Both the position numbers and the translations under genes were made by a program. Shown one piece after another: positions 25,867 to 37,497 of a DNA stretch of 64,000 bases. The number at the start of each line of letters is the position of its first letter. The stretch's first letter is position 1. Location: the NCBI RefSeq assembly GCF_044704955.1, contig NC_091984.1:147560001-147624000 (forward strand), read 5' to 3'. The notes beneath the pieces are model-generated. The model had not been told where the DNA came from. It made no database searches and was given only the letters and a program-made list of their open reading frames with translations. Origin of the DNA: Pristiophorus japonicus (taxonomy: Eukaryota).

Positions 25867-27467
25867 TCACAGTGGGGGTGCCGACACATTGGGTCCCTTT
25901 TCTCCCACTGCTGCGTCCAGCTTTCCTCCACCTGTGCCCATAACCTGCTGTAATGTGGCCACTAAAACCTGCACTGGGTCGTCGGCTACCTTCTTCTGGC
26001 CTTTTCCTGCCTCAGCACCTCGTACCCTGGCTTCCCTCCTTTAGAGAGCCTACAATCCTTGCTCCAGTGTCCCAACTTCCCACAGTTAAAACATTCACCT
26101 TCAGATCGACCCGCATTACCTCCCTCTTGTCTCCATTCTTTCTATGGCCTAACCTCTCCTTTTACTTCGTGCACCTTCCCGTTTAGTTTCTCCTCCTCCC
26201 CTTGCCTAGACTTAAAGCTAGAGTTAATCTTCTCAGCACCCCTGCCTCTGTATTCTGGAGATGGTCTGGGTCAAACCATACTTCGACCTTTGCTCTGAGC
26301 CGTGGCAAACTGTTACCATTACGGTTCTCAGCCAATGGTCCCTGGGTTCCCCTATTAAATCTGCCCGCTCCAGATTTCCTCCAGCGGCCCTTAAATAAAT
26401 CGCCCACAGTCTGTCTGCAAACGTATCGGGTGATTCGTTTAGTTGCTGCCTAGTCTGTTCTACCTGCCAGAACGGACTACCCTGACTGTACCCGAGCACT
26501 GCCATCATTTGCTCCTTTAAGCCCTGTGGGGTTTCTGCACCTAACTTGGTGGCTGTCGACAAGCTCTGATAAAGCTTCCCCTCCAGCGAGAGCAGTGTTA
26601 GCTTCACTTTCTCCTCCTCGCTGCAGTTATTGATACCCGCTATCTGCTCTATATTAGTAAAATGAACAGAGACATCTCCTCCTTGCTTTAACTGTACTAC
26701 ACCCGTCAGCATCTCCTGCAGCTGAAGCGGTGTGTATGGGATCACTAGTCGCTCTGTAATGGTGCCGGACCACCATTTGGGGGGGTGGGCTGAATTTCTG
26801 CTGTCTCAAAGGACACATAGGTTTCGGGGGTCCCGGTGCCTCGGGAGCCGGCCGATGCTCGCTATACTCGGGCCCATAATCTGACTCTTTCTCCTCTGGA
26901 TCCCAACCTTCCTCGGCTGTTCCGGGTGCCCTGAGACAAACCATCCCTTTGGCCCCGTCTAACTCTGCCGTTAATTGGTGGATCTTTTCCTTACAAGGTC
27001 CGTGATCTGTTCTCGCGTAACCCTGTTTCTGAGCTACCTGATAGGCTATCGACTCCCCTGAGCTGGTCCTCTGCCTCTTTGGCTCTTTCTAAATGCCTTT
27101 CACTTTGTTCAATGTGGATCTGCTGCTGCTTTTTGCACTCGGTCACCTGGCATTGTAAATACTCAAAGTGATTCCACGCCGTTTCTTCCTTCCTACCCTG
27201 GTCCTGCCTTTCCTTCTCCACACTGCCTACCTCGCCCTTTAACCCTTTATTCTCCTTCTCCAGCTTTCCTACCCTTTCTCTCAACAGTTGTGTCTGCTTC
27301 TGCAGGCACATGAGCCAAACCTCCTTCTCTTTTGACCCTTTGTGGTTACTACTGACTGTCCACTCTGCCGCATTTTCCTGCGGATCCCCAGAGTGCAGCA
27401 TTTCCTGTGCCCATGGCACTGAAATGTCCAATTTGTTGCCTATATATGCAGCTACCTTAGCCTCCAT
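25867..27467 (-). pseudogene. gag: gag of element Y
   Basis: Coiled-coil N-terminus (26991-27467), capsid-like region (26233-26745) and zinc knuckle CFNCGKLGHWSKDC (about 26051-26092); homologous to 61041-62640. Confidence 0.85.
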
Positions 27468-27619
27468 GGACTTCCTACAACTGCTCTAGCCGCGGACTCT
27501 GCCATGTTTTGCTGCGCTGAGTCCATTCCACTGCCTCTGGCTGAGAAATTCTCCCTGACTACCTTGGTGTCCCCTGAGACCACCTCGCAGTGACCTGTGG
27601 TTCCTGTTACTCTGGCTTC

Positions 27620-28210
27620 TCTCTGTGGCTACCCTAGTCGACCCGAGACTACTCCGGCCTGTCAGAGACTTTCTCTCCTGGTCCCCTAGTCGCCCTTGAG
27701 ATCACCCTTGGCCTCCCTGAGACTATCAGAGATGACTATTGGCTTTGCTCTGTGACTACCCCAGTCAACCGAGATTATTCCAGCCTATCCGAGACTGTTT
27801 CTCTCCTCAGGCTGCCCTGGCCGCCCGTGAGATTATCCCTGGCCTCCCTGAGACCCCTGCGCAGACTACTTGTAATTACTTCTCCCGGTGGCTGCCCTAG
27901 TCAGCCGGAGCTCTTCGGCTACCCTGGTCCCCCTTGAGATTCCCTTGGTCTCCCTGAGACCCCTTCGCAGACTACCTGCGGCTTTCTCGGTGGCTACTTT
28001 AGTCAACCCGGGATTACTCCAGCCGACTCAAGACTGTTTCCTTCCTCTGCTGGCTGCCCTAGCTGCCCTTGAGAGTACAATGGTCTCCCTCAGACCACTG
28101 CGCAACTACCTGAGACTTCTTTTCTCAGTGGCTACCCTAATCGACAGAGACGACTCAAGCCTATCAGACCCTGTTACTCTCCTTGTCGCCCTAGCCGCCC
28201 TTGAGAAGAT
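27620..28210. repeat. Degenerate 100-138-bp tandem repeat (5 copies) in the 5' leader of element Y
   Basis: GTGGCTACCCTAGTC...CCCTGAGAC recurs at about 27625, 27752, 27888, 27990 and 28128. Confidence 0.8.
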
Positions 28211-28665
28211 CCTTTTCGACTACCTTATCCGACCTTAGATGTAACCAAGCTTCCCTCGGGGTTTTTGCTCTGGTATGTGTCCGTGATACTATACCCAAAG
28301 CCGAGGTCCTGCCGCGGTCACCAATTTCTGTAGGTTGTTTGTTTTTCACTCTACTCTGATTCTTAGACCTGGGAACTTATAGTGGACAAGGACAACACGT
28401 GGCACAACATTTAGGCTTCACCCAGTGTCAGTTTTATTATGCATAAAAACCGTCGAAAACTACAGGACTAGACTTCTGAGAGAAATCGACTGAAATCATA
28501 CAATTGCCCTTCCTGGCTGTAGCTATTGTCGGTTCGTGGTCATTGGTTCCGTGACCGGTTGGTTCTTTTTGTGGCCGTTCTCTGCAGTGCTGTTCCTTCT
28601 GTGTATGTTCTGTACAACATGTCTTTCCGTTCGTTCATCTGTTCATTCTTTCATCAGAACTGAAC

Positions 28666-30629
28666 TGTCCTTCAAGGTCAAAGTCACCACGCCACTATCG
28701 TTCTATGCCTCGGGTTCTTTTCAGGCCACAGTTGGCGACATTTGCAGACTTTCTCAGCATGCCACACATTGCTGCATTAGGCAGATCACTGAAGCCCTGT
28801 ACGCACGCAGGAGGGACTTGATCAGCTTCCCTATGACCAGGGAGGCACAGAGTGAGAGGGTTCGAGGTTTCTTCAGAATTGCAAACTTCCCCAAGATGCA
28901 GGGAGCAATAGACTGTACGCACATCACGATGTGGGCACCTTTTCAGGATGCTGAGGTTTTCAGGAACCGCAAGGGTTCCACTCCCTGAATGTCCAGCTGG
29001 TTGTCGACCACCAGCAAATTACACTGGCAGTGAATGCTCAATTTCCGGGCAGCATCCATGATGCGCACATCCTGCGTGAGAGCACTGTATCTGATTTGTT
29101 TTACAATGAGCCACAAGGTTAATGCTGGATGCTTGGGTACAAAGGATATGGCCTTGCCACCTTGCTGATGACCCCCTGTGTGACACCCACACTGAGGCCG
29201 AGAGGCGATACAACGAGAGCCACAGAGCAACTCGCAATATCGTGGAGAAAAGATTGGAGTGCTGAAGCAGCGCTTCAGATGCCTGGACCACTCAGAAGGC
29301 GAGCTCTAATACCATCCTGAGCAGGTAGCTCAATTCGTGGTGATGTGCTCCATGCTGCACAACTTGGCTATCAGGAGGGGACAAGAATTGCCTGATGAGC
29401 CTGACAGTCCACCTCACCAGAGAGAGGAAGAGGAGGACGAGGAGGTGGACGCCGACATCGGGTCAGACAATCAGGCTGATGCTGAAGCCATGCTCCCGCC
29501 CTTCTGTAGATCACATGAAAGGGCCCATGGTGGCATGATAGCTGCAAGAGCCTTATGTCAGGAGCTCATCAATGATCGCTTTGCTTGAAAGAACATTGGT
29601 GTTATTTCCACTGCTGACACACTGCTAGGTGTGCAGGTCGTAAATCAATTGTGAGCATCATCTTGCTGACCGTTAAAGTTTACTTTGATTGAAGTTAAGT
29701 GTGATTATATCCTTTGATGTTAACGAATCACCAGCGTGTAACGGTACAGCTATCTGAGACAATGTGCTGCAAAGTTTTGTTAAATAAAAAACATTTAAAC
29801 CGAACATTAGTCTGAAATCATCAGTATTTCTATACAAATCAATCCTTCCTCCAACCCCCCTGCTTCTCCTCCCCAACACTACCCCTTCCTCTTCCCCTCC
29901 TGACTCCAAGCCGTCTGACCACGGAGGTTCTCAGGCGATGCTTCATTGAGAGGTGGGTGGTGACGGCCGAGGCACTGCTTGGACGGATACGGGAGATGAC
30001 GGTCCCAAGGTGGGAACGTGCTTCGAGCCAGAAGCAAGATGTTGCTCCTGGCTCTCATGTGTGGTTGGCAATGGGGTTGCGTCACCTTGGGGTGCAGTGC
30101 GGCACTCCAGGACCACTGGGAGCCCTCTGCCACCAGTGTTCCTGGCTACCAGCTTCAGGGCCTCCTCCATCCCTTCCATGTTATATGTTATTTGTGAGAC
30201 AAAAACTCGATGCCAACTATGTTCTTGGTGCTTAGTGCGCTTTTTGCTGCAGGTAAATCTCCCTCGTGCCTCCCACAACAGCCAGACAGGCACACACCAC
30301 AGCCACACACGCTTTCAGTGCCTCTGAGCTCACTCTCTCTCTGTCCCCTCTTCTGCGTATGTCATGGTTACCCTTGACCTCCAGAATCGTGGGAATGGAC
30401 CATTGCCATGCTGTTGCTAAGGACAGCCACACTTTACAACAGAAGGTCAGAAAATTTAACGCTGCCACCCATTTGATATCGTTCGCGGTAACGCCCATTT
30501 TCAAATATATAATCTAAGTGTTTTGTGAATGGGCGAGAAGCCGGTGATCTGAAAACCTTTTTTTACCGCCCGCGCTGGAAATCACGCCCATTTTTGGGCT
30601 CTCAGCTCAAAAGTGGAGCTTCTAGCCCT
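28666..30629 (+). mobile_element. PIF/Harbinger DNA transposon remnant (HARBI1-like DDE transposase pseudogene 28666-29588)
   Basis: FYASGSFQ, QGAIDCTH, NRKG, FPGSIHD, LKQRFRCLD and CSMLHNLA motifs, with frameshifts. Putative right terminus CTAGCCC at about 30629. Confidence 0.82.
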
Positions 30630-31004
30630 TGGTGTCTCCAGTGAGCTTGTTTTCCCCACCCTGGTCAATCAAGTTCAGGGCCTCACGTAACAACTCCATT
30701 CTTGTTATGCATGAAGTCAGTTTTGGTCCCTGACCACAGAATGTTATTAATTGTCCAGCTTCATTCCAAAAGCTGGTATTAAATTCCAAAAGCTTGTATT
30801 AAGCAATTTTTACTTCATGGTCTCCTTCTGTGCTTTTCTGAAGATTGGTAACCTTACACACAACACCTCACCTCTCCCACCCCCAAAACCACCCCTCTCC
30901 CAACCCCAACACCGCCCCAAACTCCCGCCCCCAAAACAACCCCTCTCCACCCCCCAAAACCCACCTTAAACTGATACTCACAGCGGGCAGGACTTATATG
31001 GGCA

Positions 31005-31243
31005 CATGTGGTGAACCTGTGGAATTCTCGACCACAGAATGTTGTTGAGGCCAATTCACTTAATATTTTAAAAAAGAGTTAAATGTAGTCCTTACAACTA
31101 GGGGATCAAGGTGTATGGCGAGAAAGCAGGAATGGGGTACTGAGGTTGCATGTTCAGCCATGAACTCATTGAATGGCGGTGCAGGCTCGAAGAGCCGAAT
31201 GGCCGACTCCTGCACCAATTTTCTATGTTTCTATGTTTCTATG
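31005..31243 (+). mobile_element. CR1 3' end
   Basis: Nearly identical to 5760-5996; (ATGTTTCT)n tail. Confidence 0.85.
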
Positions 31244-32029
31244 ACCCGCCGCGGGACACATCACCACTGAGGGCTCATGTCCCCTGGCCTCACAATGGAA
31301 ACCATGGCAACACAGAAGCCGCAGGGGTGGACCAATCACAGCAAAGTGCTACAGAATGTGCATTTGTGCCTGAGAGAGCAACGAGGAGAGAGCTTCAATC
31401 TATTTAACCCTTCGATCCCTGGCTGCCGTCTGAAAACTAAGCCCGAGTTGGGAGAGACAGTGACTACATTATTCCCGCTGTTATTCTGCACCCTGCTCAT
31501 TCATCTCAACCCCTGTGTTAATGTTTCTCTGCTCAATGGTACTGCTCCCCACGGCAAATCCAACCAGAGAGATTTCTCAGCTGGGTGTGAAACATGGAGA
31601 AGCAGAGATGGGCATGGACTGTGTGGGGGCACTAAAGGACCCACTGGCTCCGACCAATAATAAAACAGTCAGTAAGGACACGGTGAAAAGTGGGGGATGG
31701 GACCAGATGATGGACCTGGGCAAGTCCGACAAGGAGGCTGTCCTGCCGGCCAGAGCGATGGTGAAATATGCTGGCCTCAGCCTGCCTGGCATTGTGGAAG
31801 GGCAGGCAGCTCCGATCCTTACCGTCCGAGACTGTCAGCCAATCACCGTGGCTTCCTCCTTCGGAGAGCTGTTCAAATCTCCACGGGTTTCACAGCTGCA
31901 GCTCACAGACACGCTGGTGAGCAGATTGTTGGGGTGTTTGCTCTGCACGTGTCCAGTTGCTGTGTGTCATGGGCCTGGGCAACATTATAATTGGAGCCCA
32001 TTACTGGTCTCATAAAGTGACGGTCACGT

Positions 32030-32733
32030 TGATTAGTCTGAGCTTTTGACCACACATCCGCAGCATAACTAAGACCACCTATTTCCATCTCCGTAACATC
32101 GCCCGTCACCGCCCCTGCCTCAGCTCATCCGCTGCTGAAACCTTCATCCATGCCTTTGTTATCTCTGGACTCAACTATTCCAACGAACTCATGGCTGGCC
32201 TCCCACATTCTACCCTACGTTACCTAGAGGCGATCCTAAACTCGGCTGCCCGTGTCCTAACTCGCACCAAGTCCCGCTCACCCATCACCCCTGTGCTCAC
32301 TGACCTACATTGGCTCCCGGTTAAGTAACGCCTCGATTTCAAATTTCACATCCTTATTTTCGAATCGCTCCATGGCCTTGTCCCTCCCTATCTCTCTAAT
32401 CTCCTCCAGCCCCACAACACCCCCCCGCCCCCACTAGATATCTGCGTTCCCTAATTCTGCCCTCCTGAGCATCCCTGATTACAATCACTCAACCATTGGT
32501 GGCCGTGCCTTCTGTTACCTGGGCCCCAAGTTCTGGAACTCCCTCCACACACCTCTCCGCCTCTCTATCTCTCTTTCCTCCTTCAAGATGCTCCTTAAAC
32601 TCTATCTCTTTGACCAGCGCTAATTTCTACTTATGTGGCTCGGTTTCAAATTTATATCGCATAATACTCCTGTGAAGCGCTTTGGGTCATTTCACTATGT
32701 TAAAGGCACTATATAAATACAAGTTGTTGTTGT
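32030..32733 (+). mobile_element. L2-clade LINE 3' fragment
   Basis: Translates IHAFVISGLNYSN..NSAARVLTRTK..PITPVLTDLHWLPV; ends CTATATAAATACAAG(TTG)n. Confidence 0.8.
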
Positions 32734-33027
32734 TTGGGGGAACAAGGAGAACCAGAAGGAGGCGCTGTTGAGCTTCTCCAAGAACATAATCCAGTTGAGA
32801 GCAGACACTATCCAACTGTTTGTAGACAAAACCCACGCAAGGATTCAACCGCTCTGCGATGCCGCGTGATAAAGTGTGGGCTGAAGCGCTCAGTGTGCTG
32901 GGGAACTTGGCCATGGTGGGAATAGGAGGGTCCAGGTGTTGCTGCACCTGGATGGAAACAGTGAGCAGGTCACCAGGTCCTGTCGTTCAACACTGTGCTC
33001 GGTATTCCCACGTATTGGATCTGCCAA

Positions 33028-33275
33028 GACTTCCTCAGTAACTGAGAATGATCCAGGGGAATCCAAAGGGACTACATGGACTCCCTCTGTAACTGAGAAT
33101 GATCCAGGGGAACCCAACAGGGGCTAGGTGGACTTCCTCAGTAACTGAGAATGATCCAGGGGAATCCCACAGGGGCTACATAGACTTCCTCAGTAACTGA
33201 GAATGAGCCAGGGGAACCCAACAGGGGCTAGGTGGACTTCCTCAGTAACTGAGAATGATCCAGGGGAATCCCACA
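33028..33275. repeat. About 52-bp minisatellite, 5 copies
   Basis: Unit GACTTCCTCAGTAACTGAGAATGATCCAGGGGAAYCC....GGGGCTA... Confidence 0.9.
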
Positions 33276-33822
33276 GGAACATACCATTATTGTTGCCGGA
33301 GGAGAAGAGAAGAGTGAGAAGTGAGGAACATATCATTATTGTCCCCAGGGCGGGGAGAGAGGAGATGAATATACCATTATTGTACCGGGGTGCGGGGGGG
33401 GGGAGAGGAGAGGGAGAGGTGAGGAACATACCAATATTGTCCCTGGGGAGGTGTGTGGGGAGGAACCTACCATTAGTGTCCCCGGCGGGGGAGAAGAGAG
33501 GGAGAGGTGAGGAAGATGCAATTATTGTTCTGTTGGGGAGAGCGAGAGGTGAGGAACATACTACTATTGTCCATGGAGGGGGGTGGAGAGGAGAGGAACA
33601 TACCATTATTCTCCCCGGCGGGGTGGGGAGAGTTGAGGAACCTGCCATTATTGTCCCCAGGGGGAGAGCAGTGAGGAACATACCATTATTGTCCCCAGGG
33701 GTGGAGAGGAGAGGGTGAGGTGAGGAACATACCATTATTGTCCCCGGCAGGGGAGTTGGGGGGGGCGGTGGGTGCGGGGGCGAGGAGAGTGCGGGGTGAG
33801 GAATTTACCATTATATTCCCCA
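33276..33822. repeat. Array of about 12 conserved cores (GAGGAACATACCATTATTGTCCCC) with variable G/A-rich spacers
   Basis: Cores at about 33276, 33323, 33364, 33421, 33460, 33509, 33551, 33592, 33635, 33673, 33722 and 33798. Confidence 0.85.
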
Positions 33823-33842
33823 CAGGGGTAGATGTGTGGACC

Positions 33843-36800
33843 GTCGGCGAGAGATGACAGTCCGGGGTCGAGGAGGCCTATAAAGGCCGCAAGATCAGGA
33901 ATCGGGCAGCGTCGAAGAGAGGCGACAGTCCGGGGTCAGCGAGAGGCCAAGAAAGGCCGCAAGATCAGGAGTCGGGCAGCATCGGAGAGAGGTGACAGTC
34001 CGGGGTCAGCGAGAGGCCTATAAAGGCCGCAAGATCAGGAGTCGGACAGCGTCGGAGAGAGGTGACAGTCCGGGGTCAGTGAGAGGCCTATAAAGGCCCG
34101 GCTTGTACAGCTACAGGGAGAAGGCAAAAAAGAAGTAGAAAGAAATAGAAAGGTGATGTCACAGCCAAGTGGGCAAGTGTTTGGCTGGTGATTGGTTCTT
34201 ATTTCTCTTCTATATCAGTGAGTAACTTTTAGCATTATTGTTGCCAATTTAGTTTAATCTAAGGGTTAAGTCATGGCAGGAGAGCTCGGCCACGTGTTAT
34301 GCTCCTCGTGTACTATGTGGGAAATCAGGGACGCCTTCGGTGTCCCTGACGACTATGTGTGCGGGAAGTGTATCTGCCTCCAGCTCCTGACAGACCGCGT
34401 TGCAGAATTCGAGCTGAAGGTGGATTCACTCTGGAGTGATGACGTGAATAGCACGTTTAGTGAGTTAGTCTACCCCAGGTAAAGGGTCCACAGCCAGATA
34501 GGGAATGGAAAACCAACAGGAAGAGTAGTGCAAGGAAAGTAGTGCAGGGATCCCCTGCGGTCATCCCCCTGCAAAACAGATACACCGCTTTGAGTACTGT
34601 TGAGGGGGATGACTCATCAGGGGGGAACAGCAGCAGCCAAGTTCATGGCACCATGGCTGGCTCTGCTGCACAGGAGGGCAGGAAAAAGAGTAGGAGAGCG
34701 ATAATGATAGGGGATTCAATTGTATGGGGAATAGATCGGCGTTTCTGCGGCCGCAACTGAGACTCCAGGATGGTATGTTGCCTCCCAGGTGCAAGGGTCA
34801 AGGATGTCTCACAGCGGGTGCAGGACGTTCTGAAAAGGGAGGGTGAATAGCCAGTTGTCATGGTGCACATTGGTACCAACGATATAGGTAAAAAACGGGA
34901 TGAGGTCTTACGAGACGAATTTAAGGAGCTAGGAGCTAAATCAAAAAGTAGGACCTCAAAAGTAGTAATCTCGGAATGGCTACCAGTGCCACGTGTGAAT
35001 CAGAGTAGGAATTGCAGGATAGCTCAGATGAATACGTGGCTTGACCAGTGGTGCAGCAGGGAGGGATTCAAATTCCTGGGGCATTGGAACCGGTTCTGGG
35101 GGAGGTGGGACCAGTACAAACCGGACGGTCTGCACCCAGGCAAGACTGGAACCAAGGTCCTAGGAGGAGTGTTTGCTCGTGCTGTTGGGGAGGAGTTAAA
35201 CTAATATGGCACGAGGGTGGGAACCAATACAGGGAGACAGAGGGAAACAAAATGGAGACAGAAGCAAAAGACAGAAAGGAGATGAGTAAAAGTGGAGGGC
35301 AGAGAAACCCAAGGCAAAAAACAAAAAGGGCCACTTTGCAGCAAAATTCTAAAGGGTCTAAGTGTGCTAAAAAGGCAAGCCTGAAGGCTCTGTGCCTCAA
35401 TGTGAGGAGTATTCGGAATAAGGTGGACGAATTAACTGTGCAGAGAGCAGTTAACGGAAATGATGTGGTTGGCATCACGGAGACATGGCTCCAGGGTGAC
35501 CAAGGCTGGGAACTCAACATCCAAGGGTATTCAACATTTAGGAAGGATAGACAGAAAGGAAAAGCAGGCGGGGTGGCATTGCTGGTTAAAGAGGAAATTA
35601 ATGCAATTTTAAGGAAAGACATTAGCTTGGATGATGTGGAATCGGTATGGGTGAAGCTACGGAGTACCAAGGGGGAGAAAACGTTAGTGGGAGTTGTGTA
35701 CAGACCTCCAAACAGTAGTAGTGATGTTGGGGAGGGCATCAAACAGGAAATTAGGAGTGCATGCAATAAAGGTGCAGCAGTTATCATAGGTGACTTTAAT
35801 ATGCACATAGATTGGGCTAACCAAACTGGAAACAATACGGTGGAGGAGGATTTCCTGGAGTGCATAAGGGATGGTTTTCTAGACCAATATGTCGAGGAAC
35901 CAACTAGTGGGGAGGCCATCTTAGACTGGGTGTTGTACAATGAGAGAGGATTAATTAGCAATCTCGTTGTGCGAGGCCCCTTGGGGAAGAGTGACCATAA
36001 TATGGTGGAATTCTACATTAGGATGGAGAATGAAACAGTTAATTCAGAGACCATGGTCCAGAACTTAAAGAAGGGGAACTTTGAAGGTATGAGGCGTGAA
36101 TTGGTGAGGATAGATTTGCGAATGATACTTAAGGGGTTGACTGTGGATGGGCAACGGCAGACATTTAGAGACCGCATGGATGAACTACAACAATTGTACA
36201 TCTCTGTCTGGCGTAAAAATAAAAAAGGGAAGGTGGCTCAACCGTGGCTATCAAGGGAAATCAGGGATAGTATTAAAGCCAAGGAAGTGGCATACAAATT
36301 GGCCAGAAATAGCAGCGAACCCGGGGACTGGAAGAAATTTAGAACTCAGCAGAGGAGGACAAAGGGTTTGATTAGGGCAGGGAAAATAGAGTACGAGAGG
36401 AAGCTTGCAGGGAACATTAAAATGGACTGCAAAAGCTTCTATAGATATGTAAAGAGAAAAAGGTTAGTAAAGGCAAACGTAGGTCCCCTGCAGTCAGGGG
36501 AATTCATAACTGGGAACAAAGAAATGGCAGACCAATTGAACAAGTACTTTGGTTCAGTATTCACTAAGGAGGACCTTTATATACATTCCGGATATAAAAG
36601 GGGTCAGAGGGTCTAGTAAGAAGGAGGAACTGAGGGAAATCCTTATTAGGCGGGAAATTGTGTTAGGGAAATTGATGGGATTGAAGGCCGATAAATCCCC
36701 AGGGCCCTGATGGTCTGCATCCCAGAGTACTTAAGGAGGTGGCCTTGGAAATAGCGGATGCATTGACAGTCATTTTCCAACATTCCATAGACTCTGGATC

Positions 36801-37497
36801 AGTTCCTATGGAGTGGAGGGTAGCCAATGTCACCCCACTTTTTAAAAAAGGAGGGAGAGAGAAAACAGGGAATTATAGACTGGTCAGCCTGACATCGGTA
36901 GTGGGTAAAAGGTTCTGTGCTGGGGCCCCAGCTGTTTACATTGTACATTAATGATTTAGATGAGGGGATTAAATGTAGTATCTCAAAATTTGCGGATGAC
37001 ACTAAGTTGGGTGGCAGTGTGAGCTGCGAGGAGGATGTTATGAGGCTGCAGAGTGACTTGGATAGGTTAGGTGAGTGGGCAAATGCATGGTAGATGAAGT
37101 ATAATGTGGATAAATGTGAGGTTATCCACTTTGAGGGTAAAAACAGAGAGACAGACTATTATCTGAATGGTGACAGATTAGGAAAAGGGGAGGTGCAATG
37201 AGACCTGGGTGTCATGGTACATCAGTCATTGAAGGTTGGCATGCAGGTACAGCAGGCGGTTCAGAAAGCAAATGGCATGTTGGCCTTCATAGCGAGGGGA
37301 TTTGAGTACAGGGGCAGGGAGGTGTTGCTACAGTTGTACAGGGCCTTGGTGAGGCCACACCTGGAGTATTGTGTACAGTTTTGGTCTCCTAACTTGAGGA
37401 AGGACGTTGTTGCTATTGAGGGAGTGCAGCGAAGGTTCACCAGAATGATTCCCGGGATGGCGGGACTGACATATCAAGAAAGACTGGATCAACTGGG
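33843..37497 (+). mobile_element. Near-full-length CR1: monomer 5'UTR, ORF1 (zinc finger plus SGNH esterase, 34273-35204), ORF2 (APE-RT, internally deleted and 3'-truncated)
   Basis: ORF1 has CSSC..CGKC, GDSIV, HIGTND and DGLHP. ORF2 has LNVRSIRNK, ITETWL, YRPP, GDFN and SDHN. Deletion at about 36910. Confidence 0.92.

Larger units (their letters stand above)
19745..28665 (-). mobile_element. Endogenous retrovirus-like element Y (lokiretrovirus-like: LTR-PBS-gag-pro-RT-tether-RNaseH-IN-env-PPT-LTR), degenerate
   Basis: 3' LTR 19745-20553 follows PPT AAAGGGGGAAG. Partial related 5' LTR from 28329. PBS-like TGG at 28323. Domain order read from the minus-strand ORFs. Confidence 0.85.

Noticed and set aside
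28666-29588. Domesticated host HARBI1 gene
   Set aside because: 5'-truncated, frameshifted, contains stops, and is embedded in transposon sequence.
33276-33822. CRISPR-like repeat-spacer appearance
   Set aside because: Vertebrate context, no cas genes, degenerate repeats, and spacers that are low-complexity, mutually similar and of unequal length.
35068-35961. 297-aa antisense ORF and similar antisense ORFs over LINE and LTR genes
   Set aside because: Shadow frames of CR1, Gypsy and ERV coding sequence.
33843-37497. Active autonomous CR1
   Set aside because: Stops in ORF1, a frameshift at about 36575, an RT-core deletion at about 36910, and no 3' tail.
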